Of a DNA stretch of 64,000 bases, positions 1-9,634 are shown piece by piece. Both the position numbers and the translations under genes were made by a program. Every line of letters starts with the position of its first letter. Position 1 is the first letter of the stretch. The stretch comes from an uncultured Spartobacteria bacterium (GTDB taxonomy: Bacteria; Verrucomicrobiota; Verrucomicrobiia; Chthoniobacterales; JAATET01): contig CALLUD010000011.1 of NCBI GenBank assembly GCA_938011325.1, positions 126,901 through 190,900 on the forward strand, read 5' to 3'. Below the pieces are notes generated by a model. It searched no databases and was not told where the DNA came from. It worked only from the letters and a program-made list of their open reading frames with translations.

Positions 1-624
1 TATGGCGTGCTGGCGCTCTTCTTTGCCCTCGTGCTCTACGGCGGGGTCTCCGTTTTCCGCTCGCCGGGAGAAGCCGCATCCACGGATACCGTGAGCCTGA
101 TCGTGCACGCGATCTCCGTGCTTGCGATTCCGTTTTTGATCGCCTTCTTCCCGCTCTACGCCGCGCTGCGACGCGTCTCCGTTTACGAGGAGTTTGTCGA
201 GGGCGCCAAGGATGGCTTCCTCACCGCCGTGCGGATCATCCCGTTTCTCGTGGCCATTCTTGTCGCCATTGGAATGTTCCGCTCGGCCGGCGGGATCGAG
301 CTTCTCGCGCAATGGTTTGGAAAGCCGCTTGCCGCGATCGGATTTCCCGTCGAACTGCTCCCGCTCGTGCTCATGCGCCCGCTGAGCGGCTCCGGCGCAA
401 CCGGACTCTTCACCGATCTCGTCAGCAGCGCCGGACCCGACAGCATTCTTTCCATGATGGGCGGCGCGATCATGGGCAGCACCGAAACGACCTTCTACGT
501 GATCGCCGTTTATTTCGGATCGGTGGCCGTTCGTCGCACCCGCCACGCCGTGCCCGCAGGGCTCATTGCGGACCTCACCGGCGTGATTGCCTCGATCGTG
601 ATCTGCCGGATCATGTTCCGTTGA
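1..624 (+). CDS. Nucleoside-recognition / SpmB-like integral membrane protein, possibly 5'-partial because the frame is open to the window edge
   Basis: The ORF is open from nt 1. It is hydrophobic with a SpmB-like core: VYEEFVEGAKDGFLTAVRIIPFLVAILVAIGMFRSAGGIELL, LMRPLSGSGATG, GSTETTFYVIAVYFG. Confidence 0.6.
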   Translation, partial: YGVLALFFALVLYGGVSVFRSPGEAASTDTVSLIVHAISVLAIPFLIAFFPLYAALRRVSVYEEFVEGAKDGFLTAVRIIPFLVAILVAIGMFRSAGGIELLAQWFGKPLAAIGFPVELLPLVLMRPLSGSGATGLFTDLVSSAGPDSILSMMGGAIMGSTETTFYVIAVYFGSVAVRRTRHAVPAGLIADLTGVIASIVICRIMFR

Positions 625-703
625 GCGCCATCCAACGATCTGCCGCCAACTGGTCGATGACGCCGGGCGGAAATTCTGCTATGGCCTGCGCCAACACCCG
701 GTC

Positions 704-1573
704 ATGAGCGAGCCCGCCTATTCCGACGGCCACCCGTTGGACAAAGTCCACTACCGCGAATACAAGATTCTTCTCAAACCGGAGCGCTTTTTCCGGCGGG
801 AGCGTTTCGAGGAATATTGGAAGATCCTCTGCCAGATCGCCGACCACTGCGGGGTCGAGGTCGAGACCAGAAAGCATCCGTTTCACAACCTCGTGCGCGA
901 GGTGCTGTTCTACGACACGGACAATTTCGATCTCTACCGAAACGCGTTCATCCTTCGCAAACGCACGTTCTACAAGGACGGCTGGCCCGAGCCGGATCAC
1001 GAGCTCACGGTGAAGTTTCGCCACCAGAACATGGAGATCGCGGCGCGATCCGACATCCATCCGCGCATCGAGGGCGAGAGCCGCATCAAGTTCAAGGAGG
1101 AGCTGCTTCCGCTGCGCGACAAGATCGGCGGGATGCGCAGTCTCTATTCGCACAACTGCGTTCTCATCACCCCGAAGATCGTCCTCGACCAGGGACTTCG
1201 CGACATCGCGAAGGCGTTTCCCGCCATGGCGGCGATCGACGTCTCACCGGAGACGAAGATCAATCTCGTCAACAACGTCGCCGTGGAGGAAGTCGAGGTC
1301 GAGCCCGGCTATTTCCACTTCGGGCACGGTTACGAGGCGAAGGCGACGATCGCCGTGTGGCGCAATCGCGCCTCGGAGACCTCGCTCGTCGGCGAGTTCG
1401 CCTTTCAGGCGAAGTTCCATCGCATCGACGACATTCATCAAAAGGCAAAGGCACTTTCGGAAAAATTTTACCGGGCCGTGCAAACCCGCGCGCCGGAGTG
1501 GGTGCAGTTGGGCACCACGAAGACGGCCATGGTTTACAAGATGGGCGGCAAGGCGGCGCCGGACCATGAGTGA
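704..1573 (+). CDS. Hypothetical protein, possibly a CYTH-like (triphosphate tunnel) fold
   Basis: 289-aa ORF with GC-rich third codon positions. Beta-strand motifs resemble CYTH (REYKILLKPE, VLFYDTDNFDLYRNAFILRKR, ELTVKFR, RIKFKEE), but the first Glu of ExExK is missing. It overlaps the next gene by 8 nt. Confidence 0.6.
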   Translation: MSEPAYSDGHPLDKVHYREYKILLKPERFFRRERFEEYWKILCQIADHCGVEVETRKHPFHNLVREVLFYDTDNFDLYRNAFILRKRTFYKDGWPEPDHELTVKFRHQNMEIAARSDIHPRIEGESRIKFKEELLPLRDKIGGMRSLYSHNCVLITPKIVLDQGLRDIAKAFPAMAAIDVSPETKINLVNNVAVEEVEVEPGYFHFGHGYEAKATIAVWRNRASETSLVGEFAFQAKFHRIDDIHQKAKALSEKFYRAVQTRAPEWVQLGTTKTAMVYKMGGKAAPDHE

Positions 1574-2207
1574 CGAGCCGCTTCCGCCTCCGTCGGAGAC
1601 CAGCCAGGAGGCGCTGCTCCCGCCGGCAAGGATCACGCTCGCGGAAATTTTTCTGACGTTTCTGGCGATCGGCGCGACGAGCTTCGGCGGCGGCGTGGTG
1701 GCCTATTTGCGCAGCAGTCTCGTCGAGAAAAAGGGCTGGCTGAACGACGACACGTTTCTCGAGGTGCTGGAAATCTCGCAAACCCTTCCCGGCCTGAATG
1801 CAACAAACATGGCCGTGCTCGTGGGCGACAGGCTCCGCGGCTGGCCCGGTGCGCTCGCCGGCTTTCTCGGAATGATGCTCCCCGGCGCACTCATGATTTT
1901 TATTCTCGGCATCGTCTACGCCAGCCATGCGCAGAATGAAAACGTGAACGCCGTTCTCAAGGGCGTCGGCGCGGCGTCCGTCGGCCTGCTGCTTGCGGTG
2001 ACGCTCAAGATCGGGCGCAAGCAGCTCGAAAAGCCGCTCGATATCGCCCTGGTTGTCATCACCCTCGTGCTGGTCAGTTTCATTCACGTGATGCTCCCGA
2101 TCGTTCTGCTCACCGTCGGGCCGGTCGCCATTTTTCTCTACCGTCCCAGAACCCACCTGCCGCACAAGGCGGACGACCACTCGTTCGACAAACGCCCGGC
2201 TGACTGA
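1566..2207 (+). CDS. Chromate transporter family protein (short ChrA, first of a pair)
   Basis: FLAIGATSFGGGVVAYLRSSLVEKKGWLNDDTFLEVLEISQTLPGLNATNMAVLVG is the typical CHR-family N-terminal motif block. Confidence 0.85.
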   Translation: MSDEPLPPPSETSQEALLPPARITLAEIFLTFLAIGATSFGGGVVAYLRSSLVEKKGWLNDDTFLEVLEISQTLPGLNATNMAVLVGDRLRGWPGALAGFLGMMLPGALMIFILGIVYASHAQNENVNAVLKGVGAASVGLLLAVTLKIGRKQLEKPLDIALVVITLVLVSFIHVMLPIVLLTVGPVAIFLYRPRTHLPHKADDHSFDKRPAD

Positions 2208-2752
2208 TGAACCTCGGCTCCCTTTTCTCGCTCCTCTGGGTCTTCTCGCTGCTCTCGATCATGGCGGTCGGCGGCGGCACGTCCGTCCTCCCCGCGATGA
2301 AGGACTTCACCGTGGAAATCCAGGGATGGGTCAACGAAAGCCAGTTTCGCGACATCTACGCGCTCGGCCAGATCGTTCCCGGCCCGAACATGCTCATGGT
2401 GATCGTCATCGGCTATCACGTCGCCGCGATTCCCGGCGCGATCGTTGCATTTCTCGGATTCTTCGTTCCCAGCTCCGTGATCGCCCTCGCCACCGGGCGG
2501 GTGTGGAATCATTTCGAGGGTTCACCGTGGCGCACCGCGATCCAGCGCGCCTTTGCGCCCATCGTCGTCGGCCTCATGCTCGCCGGCACCATCTCCATCG
2601 CCCGCACCGCGATCGTCGGGGACAACGATCACCTCCAGATCTGCCTCGCGCTGGCCGCAATCGTTTTCGTGATTCTTTACTTCGGCAGAAAGATCAACCC
2701 GGCGCTCCTCATCCTCGCAGGCGGCGTGGCGGGTTGGTTCTTCCTGCGCTGA
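2207..2752 (+). CDS. Chromate transporter family protein (short ChrA, second of a pair)
   Basis: MAVGGGTSVLPAMKDFTVEIQGWVNESQFRDIYALGQIVPGPNMLMV. The start overlaps the upstream stop (TGATG). Confidence 0.85.
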   Translation: MNLGSLFSLLWVFSLLSIMAVGGGTSVLPAMKDFTVEIQGWVNESQFRDIYALGQIVPGPNMLMVIVIGYHVAAIPGAIVAFLGFFVPSSVIALATGRVWNHFEGSPWRTAIQRAFAPIVVGLMLAGTISIARTAIVGDNDHLQICLALAAIVFVILYFGRKINPALLILAGGVAGWFFLR

Positions 2753-2801
2753 ATCCGGTTGCGCCGGACCGCGAAAGAGCGCGGCTCCGCACAGGAACGG
2801 C

Positions 2802-4562
2802 TTACGATTGCGACATCTGCTCCCCTTCCGCTTCGGCGGCGGCATTCATCGCCATGCGCTCGGAAGCGATGGCTGCCATCTTCTCGCGAATGTCCGGATA
2901 CCGGCGCAGAAACTCCCGGAAGTCGCGCCGGCTGAGCGTGGCGAACCGGCTGTAATCCGTCGCAGTGACGTCGGCCGAGCGCGGTGCGTCGTTCAACAAC
3001 GCCATTTCGCCGAAATAGTCGCCCGGCCCCAACCGGATGCGCCGTCCCCTGGTCGCGACCTCCGCTTCGCCCGAGGCAATGAAATAGACCTTGTCCGCCT
3101 CGTCGCCCGCGCGAATCACCCGCACACCCGGCTCCGCGGTTTGCGGCTCGAAGTGCAGCACAAGCACCTCCCGCTGCTCCGGTGTCAACCCGGCGAACAA
3201 CGGGAAACGCTCCACCAGCTCCTCGGGCGTGAATGTCTTGCGCTCGGCGGCCTTTGCCTCCGCCCGCTTTTGCGCGGCCTCGAGATCCGCGCGAAGCAGG
3301 TCGTAGCGCGCATGACGGCAATCCTCCAGACGCGCCCGCAGCGCGGGGCGCTGACGCACCTGTTTGCAGAGCCAGTCCGCGCCGGCGAAGACGAGCGGGT
3401 TCAGCGTGATCGAGAGCAGCGCCCCCGCGAGGATGAGGTTCAGCCCCTCCGCGGTCATTAATCCGTAGGCGATGCCCAGGCCGCCGAGGATGAATGAAAA
3501 TTCACCGATCTGGGCAAGCGAGGCCGAGACCATGATCGCCGTGCTGATTGGAAACCCGAGCACCCACACGATTCCCATCGCGGCGAGCGACTTGCCGACG
3601 AGAATCACCAGCATCACGCCCAGCACCATCCACGGCTCGCGCCACAGGATCGACGGGTCGAACAACATGCCCACCGATACGAAAAACAGCACGGCAAACG
3701 CGTCCTGCAGCGGCAGGGAATTTTCCGCCGCCTTGTGGCTCAGCTCGGATTCGTGGAGCACCATTCCCGCAAAAAACGCGCCCAGCGCGAACGACACTCC
3801 AAAAAGCGAGGCGGCGCCGAACGCGATGCCCAGCGCGATCGCGAGCACCGACAGCGTGAAGAGTTCGCGGGAGCCCGTTCGTGCCACCTGCCGCAAAAGC
3901 CAGGGCATGACCCGCGGCCCGAGCCACAGTGAAAGCGCCACGAACACCGCGACCTTCCCGAGCGTGAGCGCGAGCGTGATCCAGAGGTTTCCTCCGGTGT
4001 CGGCACCGTGATGATCATCCGCGGGAGCGGCGCCGCCGAGTGCCCCCGCGAAGGACGGGATCAACACCAGTGCGAGCACCATCGCGAGATCCTCCACGAT
4101 CAACCAGCCCACGGCGACGCGGCCGTTTGGCGTGGACACCGCGTTGCGCTCCTCCAGCGCCTTGAGCATCACCACGGTGCTCGCCACCGAGAGGCTCAGT
4201 CCCAGCACGATCGAGCTGCCGAGACTCCATCCCCATGCCAGCATCATCCCGGCGCCGATCGCCGTCGCGATGCCGATCTGCGCCACTGCACCGGGAATCG
4301 CAATCCGCCGCACCGCCAGCAGGTCCGCCACGGAAAAATGAAGCCCGACGCCAAACATCAGAAGCATCACGCCGATCTCCGCGAGCTGGCCGGCGAGCTT
4401 TTCGTCGGCGACGAACCCCGGCGTGTAAGGTCCCGCCAGAATGCCCGCCACCAGATACCCCACGAGAGGTGGCAGCCTCAACCGGCTCGCGACGAAGCCC
4501 AGCACAAATGCCAGGGCCAACCCGATCGCGATGGTGGAAATCAACGAGATATCATGGGGCAT
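2802..4562 (-). CDS. CPA2-family cation:proton antiporter (Kef/YbaL-like) with a C-terminal cyclic-nucleotide-binding domain
   Basis: N-terminus MPHDISLISTIAIGLALAFVLGFVASRLRLPPLVGYLVAGILAGP followed by about 12 TM segments. The C-terminus, RAGDEADKVYFIASGEAEV...GPGDYFGEMALLNDAPRSADVTA, matches the cNMP-binding pattern. The ORF extends to 4601; I prefer the ATG at 4562. Confidence 0.85.
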   Translation of the reverse strand: MPHDISLISTIAIGLALAFVLGFVASRLRLPPLVGYLVAGILAGPYTPGFVADEKLAGQLAEIGVMLLMFGVGLHFSVADLLAVRRIAIPGAVAQIGIATAIGAGMMLAWGWSLGSSIVLGLSLSVASTVVMLKALEERNAVSTPNGRVAVGWLIVEDLAMVLALVLIPSFAGALGGAAPADDHHGADTGGNLWITLALTLGKVAVFVALSLWLGPRVMPWLLRQVARTGSRELFTLSVLAIALGIAFGAASLFGVSFALGAFFAGMVLHESELSHKAAENSLPLQDAFAVLFFVSVGMLFDPSILWREPWMVLGVMLVILVGKSLAAMGIVWVLGFPISTAIMVSASLAQIGEFSFILGGLGIAYGLMTAEGLNLILAGALLSITLNPLVFAGADWLCKQVRQRPALRARLEDCRHARYDLLRADLEAAQKRAEAKAAERKTFTPEELVERFPLFAGLTPEQREVLVLHFEPQTAEPGVRVIRAGDEADKVYFIASGEAEVATRGRRIRLGPGDYFGEMALLNDAPRSADVTATDYSRFATLSRRDFREFLRRYPDIREKMAAIASERMAMNAAAEAEGEQMSQS

Positions 4563-4700
4563 ACGGCAGCGCATTATGCACAGCTCCTGACAATGCGCCA
4601 CATCAGGCCGCCACAGACGGCGAATTCATGGAGCCCTGTCATATCCCGCCCCGCCGCTTGCATCCGCCCCGGGAGCCGACTACTTTCGGCCCTCCGACAC

Positions 4701-5888
4701 ATGAGCACCATTCTTGATCCGGCCCGTCTCGAGGGCATCGAATTGAGCAACGACGAAGTGGCCCGCTACTCGCGCCACCTCATCATGCCCGAGGTCACGC
4801 TCGAGGGCCAAAAGAAGCTGAAGGCTGCGAAAGTCCTCTGCATCGGCACCGGCGGGCTCGGCTCACCCATTGCCCTTTACCTTGCCGCGGCCGGTATCGG
4901 CACAATCGGCCTCGTCGACGCGGACACGGTCGATTTTTCAAATCTGCAACGCCAGATTCTCCACGGCACCAAGGACGTCGGCCGCAAAAAGATCAACAGC
5001 GCGCGCGATCGCATCAAGGACGTCAATCCCAACGTCCAGGTCGAGCTTCACGACGCTTTCTTCACCAGCGCAAACGCCCGCGAGATCGTCGAGAATTACG
5101 ACATCGTCATTGACGGCACCGACAACTTCCCGACGCGCTATCTCTCGAACGACATCTGCGTTTTTCTCAAGAAGCCCAACGTCTACGGCTCGATCTTCCG
5201 TTTCGACGGCCAGGCCACCGTCTTCGCGCCTTCGCTCGGCGGTCCCTGCTACCGCTGTCTCTATCCGGAACCGCCGCCGCCGGGAATGGTCCCGAGCTGC
5301 GCGGAAGGCGGCGTGCTTGGCGTGCTGCCCGGCGTCGTTGGCGTCATCCAGGCGATCGAAGCGATCAAGCTGATCGTCGGCATCGGCGAACCGTTGATCG
5401 GACGCCTCATTCACTTCGACGCGTTGAAGATGAAGTTCCGCGAGTTCAAGCTGCGCAAGGATCCGAAATGTCCGGTCTGCGGCGAGAATCCCACGGTGAC
5501 CGAGCTCATCGACTACGATCAATTCTGCGGCATTCCGCAGGCCGACGCCGCGGAGGCCGAGGAGGCGCCCGTGCCGACGATCACCGTCGAGCAGTTGAAG
5601 GCCAAGCAGGTGGCCGGCGAAAACTTCGTCCTTCTCGATGTGCGCGAGAAATACGAATACGACATCGCGCGCATTCCCGGTTCGAAGCTCATCCCGCTCG
5701 GCGAGCTGCATTCTCGCATGAGTGAGCTCGATTCCGCGGACGAAATCGTTGTGCACTGCAAGGCAGGCACCCGCAGTGCGCAGGCTGTGCGCGAGCTTCA
5801 GGCCGCCGGCTTCGGCAAACTCTGGAACGTCGAAGGCGGCATCCTCGCCTGGGCCGATCGCATCGACCCCACCGTCGCAAAATACTAG
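4701..5888 (+). CDS. moeB: MoeB/ThiF-family adenylyltransferase fused to a rhodanese domain (MoeZ-like sulfur-carrier activating enzyme)
   Basis: RYSRHLIMPEVTLEGQKKLKAAKVLCIGTGGLGSPIALYLAAAGIG, CYRCLYPEPPP and CPVCG, plus a C-terminal rhodanese (VVHCKAGTRSAQA). The ORF-track start at 4008 is antisense to the antiporter; the ATG at 4701 fits. Confidence 0.9.
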   Translation: MSTILDPARLEGIELSNDEVARYSRHLIMPEVTLEGQKKLKAAKVLCIGTGGLGSPIALYLAAAGIGTIGLVDADTVDFSNLQRQILHGTKDVGRKKINSARDRIKDVNPNVQVELHDAFFTSANAREIVENYDIVIDGTDNFPTRYLSNDICVFLKKPNVYGSIFRFDGQATVFAPSLGGPCYRCLYPEPPPPGMVPSCAEGGVLGVLPGVVGVIQAIEAIKLIVGIGEPLIGRLIHFDALKMKFREFKLRKDPKCPVCGENPTVTELIDYDQFCGIPQADAAEAEEAPVPTITVEQLKAKQVAGENFVLLDVREKYEYDIARIPGSKLIPLGELHSRMSELDSADEIVVHCKAGTRSAQAVRELQAAGFGKLWNVEGGILAWADRIDPTVAKY

Positions 5889-6391
5889 GACGCAATCCGC
5901 GCAACCGGCGGCGTGACACGCAGCACGCCGCTGGTGAGGATTCGGGCGCGCAAACCACCCCGTCCACGCAACGCCTTCATCGCGCCGGGAGCGAACGCCG
6001 TTTCCATCCAGTGGCACGGCGTCGCCTCGCCCGCACCGCGAAACCGCACGCCCTGAATCTCGAACTCGGCGTCCCTCCATTCGTTGAGGTCCACCCCGCG
6101 CGTGATCACGTTGCGGCGAAACGCGTCCGGTCCCTTGTCCGTCACCCCGAACTGACGCGCAACGTCCTCGAACGTCTCCCAGGCAAAGAACGTCACCTGC
6201 CCGGCGTAACCCTCCGGAAAGCGTTCCGGCTTGAAGTCGAAGAACCGGTCACCCACGAGTCCCTTGCCCGCGACGCATTCCACCTCGTCCACGGAAATGC
6301 TCGGATTCGTCCCCGGTGGTCGTCCGTGGTGCCCAAAATAGTTGTGCCCGGCCGATAAAAAGATGCGGACCACCTCGACGGAATTCTCCAT
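5885..6391 (-). CDS. MOSC domain-containing protein
   Basis: VAGKGLVGDRFFD...NVITRGVDLNEW...FEIQGVRFRGAGEATPCHWME is the MOSC beta-barrel with the conserved Cys. Confidence 0.8.
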   Translation of the reverse strand: MENSVEVVRIFLSAGHNYFGHHGRPPGTNPSISVDEVECVAGKGLVGDRFFDFKPERFPEGYAGQVTFFAWETFEDVARQFGVTDKGPDAFRRNVITRGVDLNEWRDAEFEIQGVRFRGAGEATPCHWMETAFAPGAMKALRGRGGLRARILTSGVLRVTPPVARIAS

Positions 6392-6431
6392 GATCCGACT
6401 CTAACCCGCCTCCCCTCCCTCTGTCGCTCCC

Positions 6432-7781
6432 ATGCTGCGCCATTGCGTCTTGTTCCTCGTCGTCCTGATGCTCCCGCTCGATTCGCGGGCAGCGACCGCG
6501 CGGGTTGAGCCGAATGAGGTGCTCGTCGGGTCATTTCGCGGCTGGGGCACCTCGTTGTGCTGGTGGGCAAACGTGATCGGCGGGCTCAAGAATCACGAAG
6601 AGTTCGCGGACGCCATTTTCACGGACCTCGGGCTCACCATCGTTCGCTACAACATCGGCGGCGGCGAGAATCCCGCCCTCCCCACGCTGCCATCCGATCC
6701 GCGCGCCCGCATGGAGGGCTTTCAAGACAAGGACCGAAACTGGAACTTCGAGGCGGATGCGAATCAGCGGCGCATGTTGTGCGCCGCCGTCGCGCGCGGC
6801 GTGGAGCATGTCGATGCCTTCGCGAATTCTCCGCCGTGGTGGATGACTGTCAGCAAAAGCGTGACCGGCAATCTGAATCCCCTCGCGAACAATCTTCGCA
6901 AGGACGCCGAGGAGGATTTCGCAAACTACCTCGTCACGGCTATGGCAGCCCTCGAAAAGCAGGATGGCGTCCGCTTCGACACGATCACGCCGATGAACGA
7001 GCCGCTTTCTCCGTGGTGGCTGGGAAATCGCCAGGAAGGCTGCCATATGAACGCCGAGCAGCAGGTCCGCGTGCTCGATCACCTTCACGCCGCGCTGGAA
7101 AAGGCGAAGCTTTCGGTCGGTCTCGTCGCGCCGGAAACCTTCAGCACGGACGAGGCGATTCGCGCGCTGAATGAATATCCGGAATCCACCCGCAGCCGGC
7201 TCCGCGCCATCGCCACCCACGGCTACGACACCCGCAAGGCCTCCGAGCTTCGCGCCGCAGCGGGAAACACCCCGATCTGGCTCTCCGAGCACGGCGACAG
7301 CGACGCGAGCGGAATGGAGACCGCGCGTGCCATCCTCGAGGATCTTCACGCGCTCCATTTCGAGGAGTGGGTCTACTGGCAGGCCGTGGAGCCCGACAAC
7401 GGCTGGGGGCTCATCGTCAACGCACTCGACGGCAAATCCACGGAATGGAAAACGACGCCGCGATATGACGTCCTGCGTCAGTTCACGAAATTCATCCGCC
7501 CCGGGAGCCGCATTGTTTCCACCGGAGATCCGGATTCCATCGCCGCACTTTCCTCCGACGGCAATTCACTCGCCATCGTCGCGCTGAACGACCGCGAATC
7601 CCCCGAGCCGTTCACCGTGGATCTCTCCAAAACGGATTTTCAAGCCGAAGAGGCGACCGCCGTTCGAACTTCCCCAACCGAACGCTTTGCGAACCAGCCG
7701 TCGTTGCGGATCGAACACGGCAGGCTCGACACCACCCTGCCGCCGAAGTCCGTAACGACCTTCGTGATTTCGAAGCCGTAA
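6432..7781 (+). CDS. Secreted glycoside hydrolase family 30 (O-glycosyl hydrolase, beta-1,6-glycanase/glucosylceramidase-like)
   Basis: Signal peptide, then GWGTSLCWWANVIGG, FANSPPWWMT, TPMNEP (acid/base Glu) and WLSEHGD (nucleophile Glu). Confidence 0.8.
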   Translation: MLRHCVLFLVVLMLPLDSRAATARVEPNEVLVGSFRGWGTSLCWWANVIGGLKNHEEFADAIFTDLGLTIVRYNIGGGENPALPTLPSDPRARMEGFQDKDRNWNFEADANQRRMLCAAVARGVEHVDAFANSPPWWMTVSKSVTGNLNPLANNLRKDAEEDFANYLVTAMAALEKQDGVRFDTITPMNEPLSPWWLGNRQEGCHMNAEQQVRVLDHLHAALEKAKLSVGLVAPETFSTDEAIRALNEYPESTRSRLRAIATHGYDTRKASELRAAAGNTPIWLSEHGDSDASGMETARAILEDLHALHFEEWVYWQAVEPDNGWGLIVNALDGKSTEWKTTPRYDVLRQFTKFIRPGSRIVSTGDPDSIAALSSDGNSLAIVALNDRESPEPFTVDLSKTDFQAEEATAVRTSPTERFANQPSLRIEHGRLDTTLPPKSVTTFVISKP

Positions 7782-7784
7782 CCG

Positions 7785-8501
7785 TCACCCCAAGGCGTCG
7801 CGCAGCCGGGAATGCGCCACCCGCCCCACCCGCAACGGCTCGCCGATTCCGGCAAGGTGCAGCAGCGTATCGTCCCGCGACACGCGCTCGATTTTCGTGA
7901 TGCGGTCCATGTTCACGATTCGCGAGCGATCCACGCGCAGGAACGGTGGGTTGGGCAGCTGACGCTCATACGCCCCAAGGTTCTGGCAGATCATCAGCGC
8001 GGGCTCACCCGCCACGAAAATCCTCGTAAAATCACCGTCCGCCTCGAGCACGGTCAGGGTGTCGAGAGTTGCCACAAGCGTTCGTCCCGGCGTGCGAAGG
8101 CAGATGCGATCCCCGGGCGAATAGGTGCTTTCGGCCGCAGCGTTCAACCCGCACGCCGCGCGCAGGCGTTGCACCGCGATCGCGAGCCTCGTCGCCCGCA
8201 CCGGCTTGAGAAGGTAGTCGACCGCCTCGACTTCGAAGGCGCGCACCGCGTGCTCGGAATGCGCGGTCACAAAAACGACCTTGGGCGGTCGTTCGACCTC
8301 CTTGAGCAGCTCGAAACCATCCGCGCGTGGCATCCGGATGTCGAGAAACACGGCGTCCGGCTTCTTTGCGCTCAACAGGCTCCGCGCAGCGGCCACGCCA
8401 TCCGCCTCCCCGACAATTTCCAGGTCCGGCATGCGCGCCAGCGATTGCCGCAGCGCCTGGCGCGCCAGCCGTTCATCATCGACGAGCGCTACGCGGAGCA
8501 T
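7785..8501 (-). CDS. LytTR-family response regulator
   Basis: Receiver domain (VALVDDERLAR...DAVFLDIRMPRADGFEL) plus a C-terminal LytTR DNA-binding domain. Confidence 0.9.
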   Translation of the reverse strand: MLRVALVDDERLARQALRQSLARMPDLEIVGEADGVAAARSLLSAKKPDAVFLDIRMPRADGFELLKEVERPPKVVFVTAHSEHAVRAFEVEAVDYLLKPVRATRLAIAVQRLRAACGLNAAAESTYSPGDRICLRTPGRTLVATLDTLTVLEADGDFTRIFVAGEPALMICQNLGAYERQLPNPPFLRVDRSRIVNMDRITKIERVSRDDTLLHLAGIGEPLRVGRVAHSRLRDALG

Positions 8502-9634
8502 GGTTCGCCTCGAAGTTGAAGTTCCGCCGTCACGATCCCATCCATCTGGCTCAATTCAAACAACGCCCGACCTGGATAGTGAAACTCCAGTCGCCGTCGC
8601 AGCGTTTCCAATCCGACGCCTTCCACCACCTCGAGGTTCTCCGGCAGGCGTCCCGGGTTGCTCACGGTCACGGTAAGCATATCGCCGTCGCAGCCCGCCC
8701 AGATCCGCAACTCGCACCGTTCCTCCTGCAACCCGTGCTTCACCGCATTCTCGATCAACGGCTGCAGCAGGAAACTCGGCACCATTCGCTGCCGCGCCTC
8801 GACCTCGGCCTCGACGCTCGCCGACATCCGGTCGCCAAAACGCGCCTGCTCGATGCGCAAATACGCCGTCACCGCGTCCAGCTCCGCAGCAAGCGGCGCG
8901 AGCACATGATGACGGTGGTCCAGCGAGTAGCGGAGGTAGTCCGACAGCTCATGCACCATCTCGAGGGCGGCATCGGGATTCGTGCTGATTTCCGACGCGA
9001 TGCCGTTGAGCGAATTGAAAAGGAAATGCGGGTCCAGCTGCGCGCGGAGCAGTTGAAGCTCCATCCGCTGGGCCTCGCTGGCGGCCTGTGCGGCGCGCTG
9101 GTGCTCGATGCGCGCCGCGTCGCGCGTCTTCAAGGCAAAGAACGTCAGGCTCCACGTCAGATACAGCAGCGAAATGAAGATGATCCGAAAGAGCCACTCC
9201 TCGCGCGGGGTCCATCCCGTGGTATGCCAGCCGGCGATTTCCACCACGCCGCGCACGATCGCCGCCTGCAGCAGGCCCGCGGCGACACAAAGAAAGATCA
9301 TCCACGCCGCGCTCTTGACGCGAAACGGATCGCTCAGTGAAGGCCGCCGATACACAAGGTAAAGCCCGCCGGAGATCAAAAAGGCAAGGGGCTCCTGCAA
9401 CAGCGTCAGGCAGAACGCCCGCTGGGCATCCGTGATCGCGGCATACCGGATGAGAAACCCGAAAACCCCGAAGACGCTCCAGATCACGAGGTTCAGCTTC
9501 CAGAACGTAGCCGGATTCGAAACCCACGATGTCAGGCGGTCGCGCACCGGCACATCGTGCGGGTCCGTTCTGGGTGGGTCAACGCTGCGCGCCTTGCTTG
9601 CTGCCGTGTTCATCGAGTTTTTCGCCCGGCTCAC
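8489..9634 (-). CDS. LytS/YehU-type sensor histidine kinase
   Basis: Multi-TM N-terminus. Has the His_kinase motif LLRAQLDPHFLFNSLNGI and the HATPase motif LLQPLIENAVKHG. An alternative ATG lies at 9613. Overlaps the response-regulator gene by 13 nt. Confidence 0.9.
   Translation of the reverse strand: MSRAKNSMNTAASKARSVDPPRTDPHDVPVRDRLTSWVSNPATFWKLNLVIWSVFGVFGFLIRYAAITDAQRAFCLTLLQEPLAFLISGGLYLVYRRPSLSDPFRVKSAAWMIFLCVAAGLLQAAIVRGVVEIAGWHTTGWTPREEWLFRIIFISLLYLTWSLTFFALKTRDAARIEHQRAAQAASEAQRMELQLLRAQLDPHFLFNSLNGIASEISTNPDAALEMVHELSDYLRYSLDHRHHVLAPLAAELDAVTAYLRIEQARFGDRMSASVEAEVEARQRMVPSFLLQPLIENAVKHGLQEERCELRIWAGCDGDMLTVTVSNPGRLPENLEVVEGVGLETLRRRLEFHYPGRALFELSQMDGIVTAELQLRGEPCSA

Noticed and set aside
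4008-4700. The N-terminal 231 codons of the 626-aa ORF containing MoeB/ThiF
   Set aside because: This part is antisense to the antiporter gene. The conserved ThiF N-terminus begins right after the ATG at 4701.
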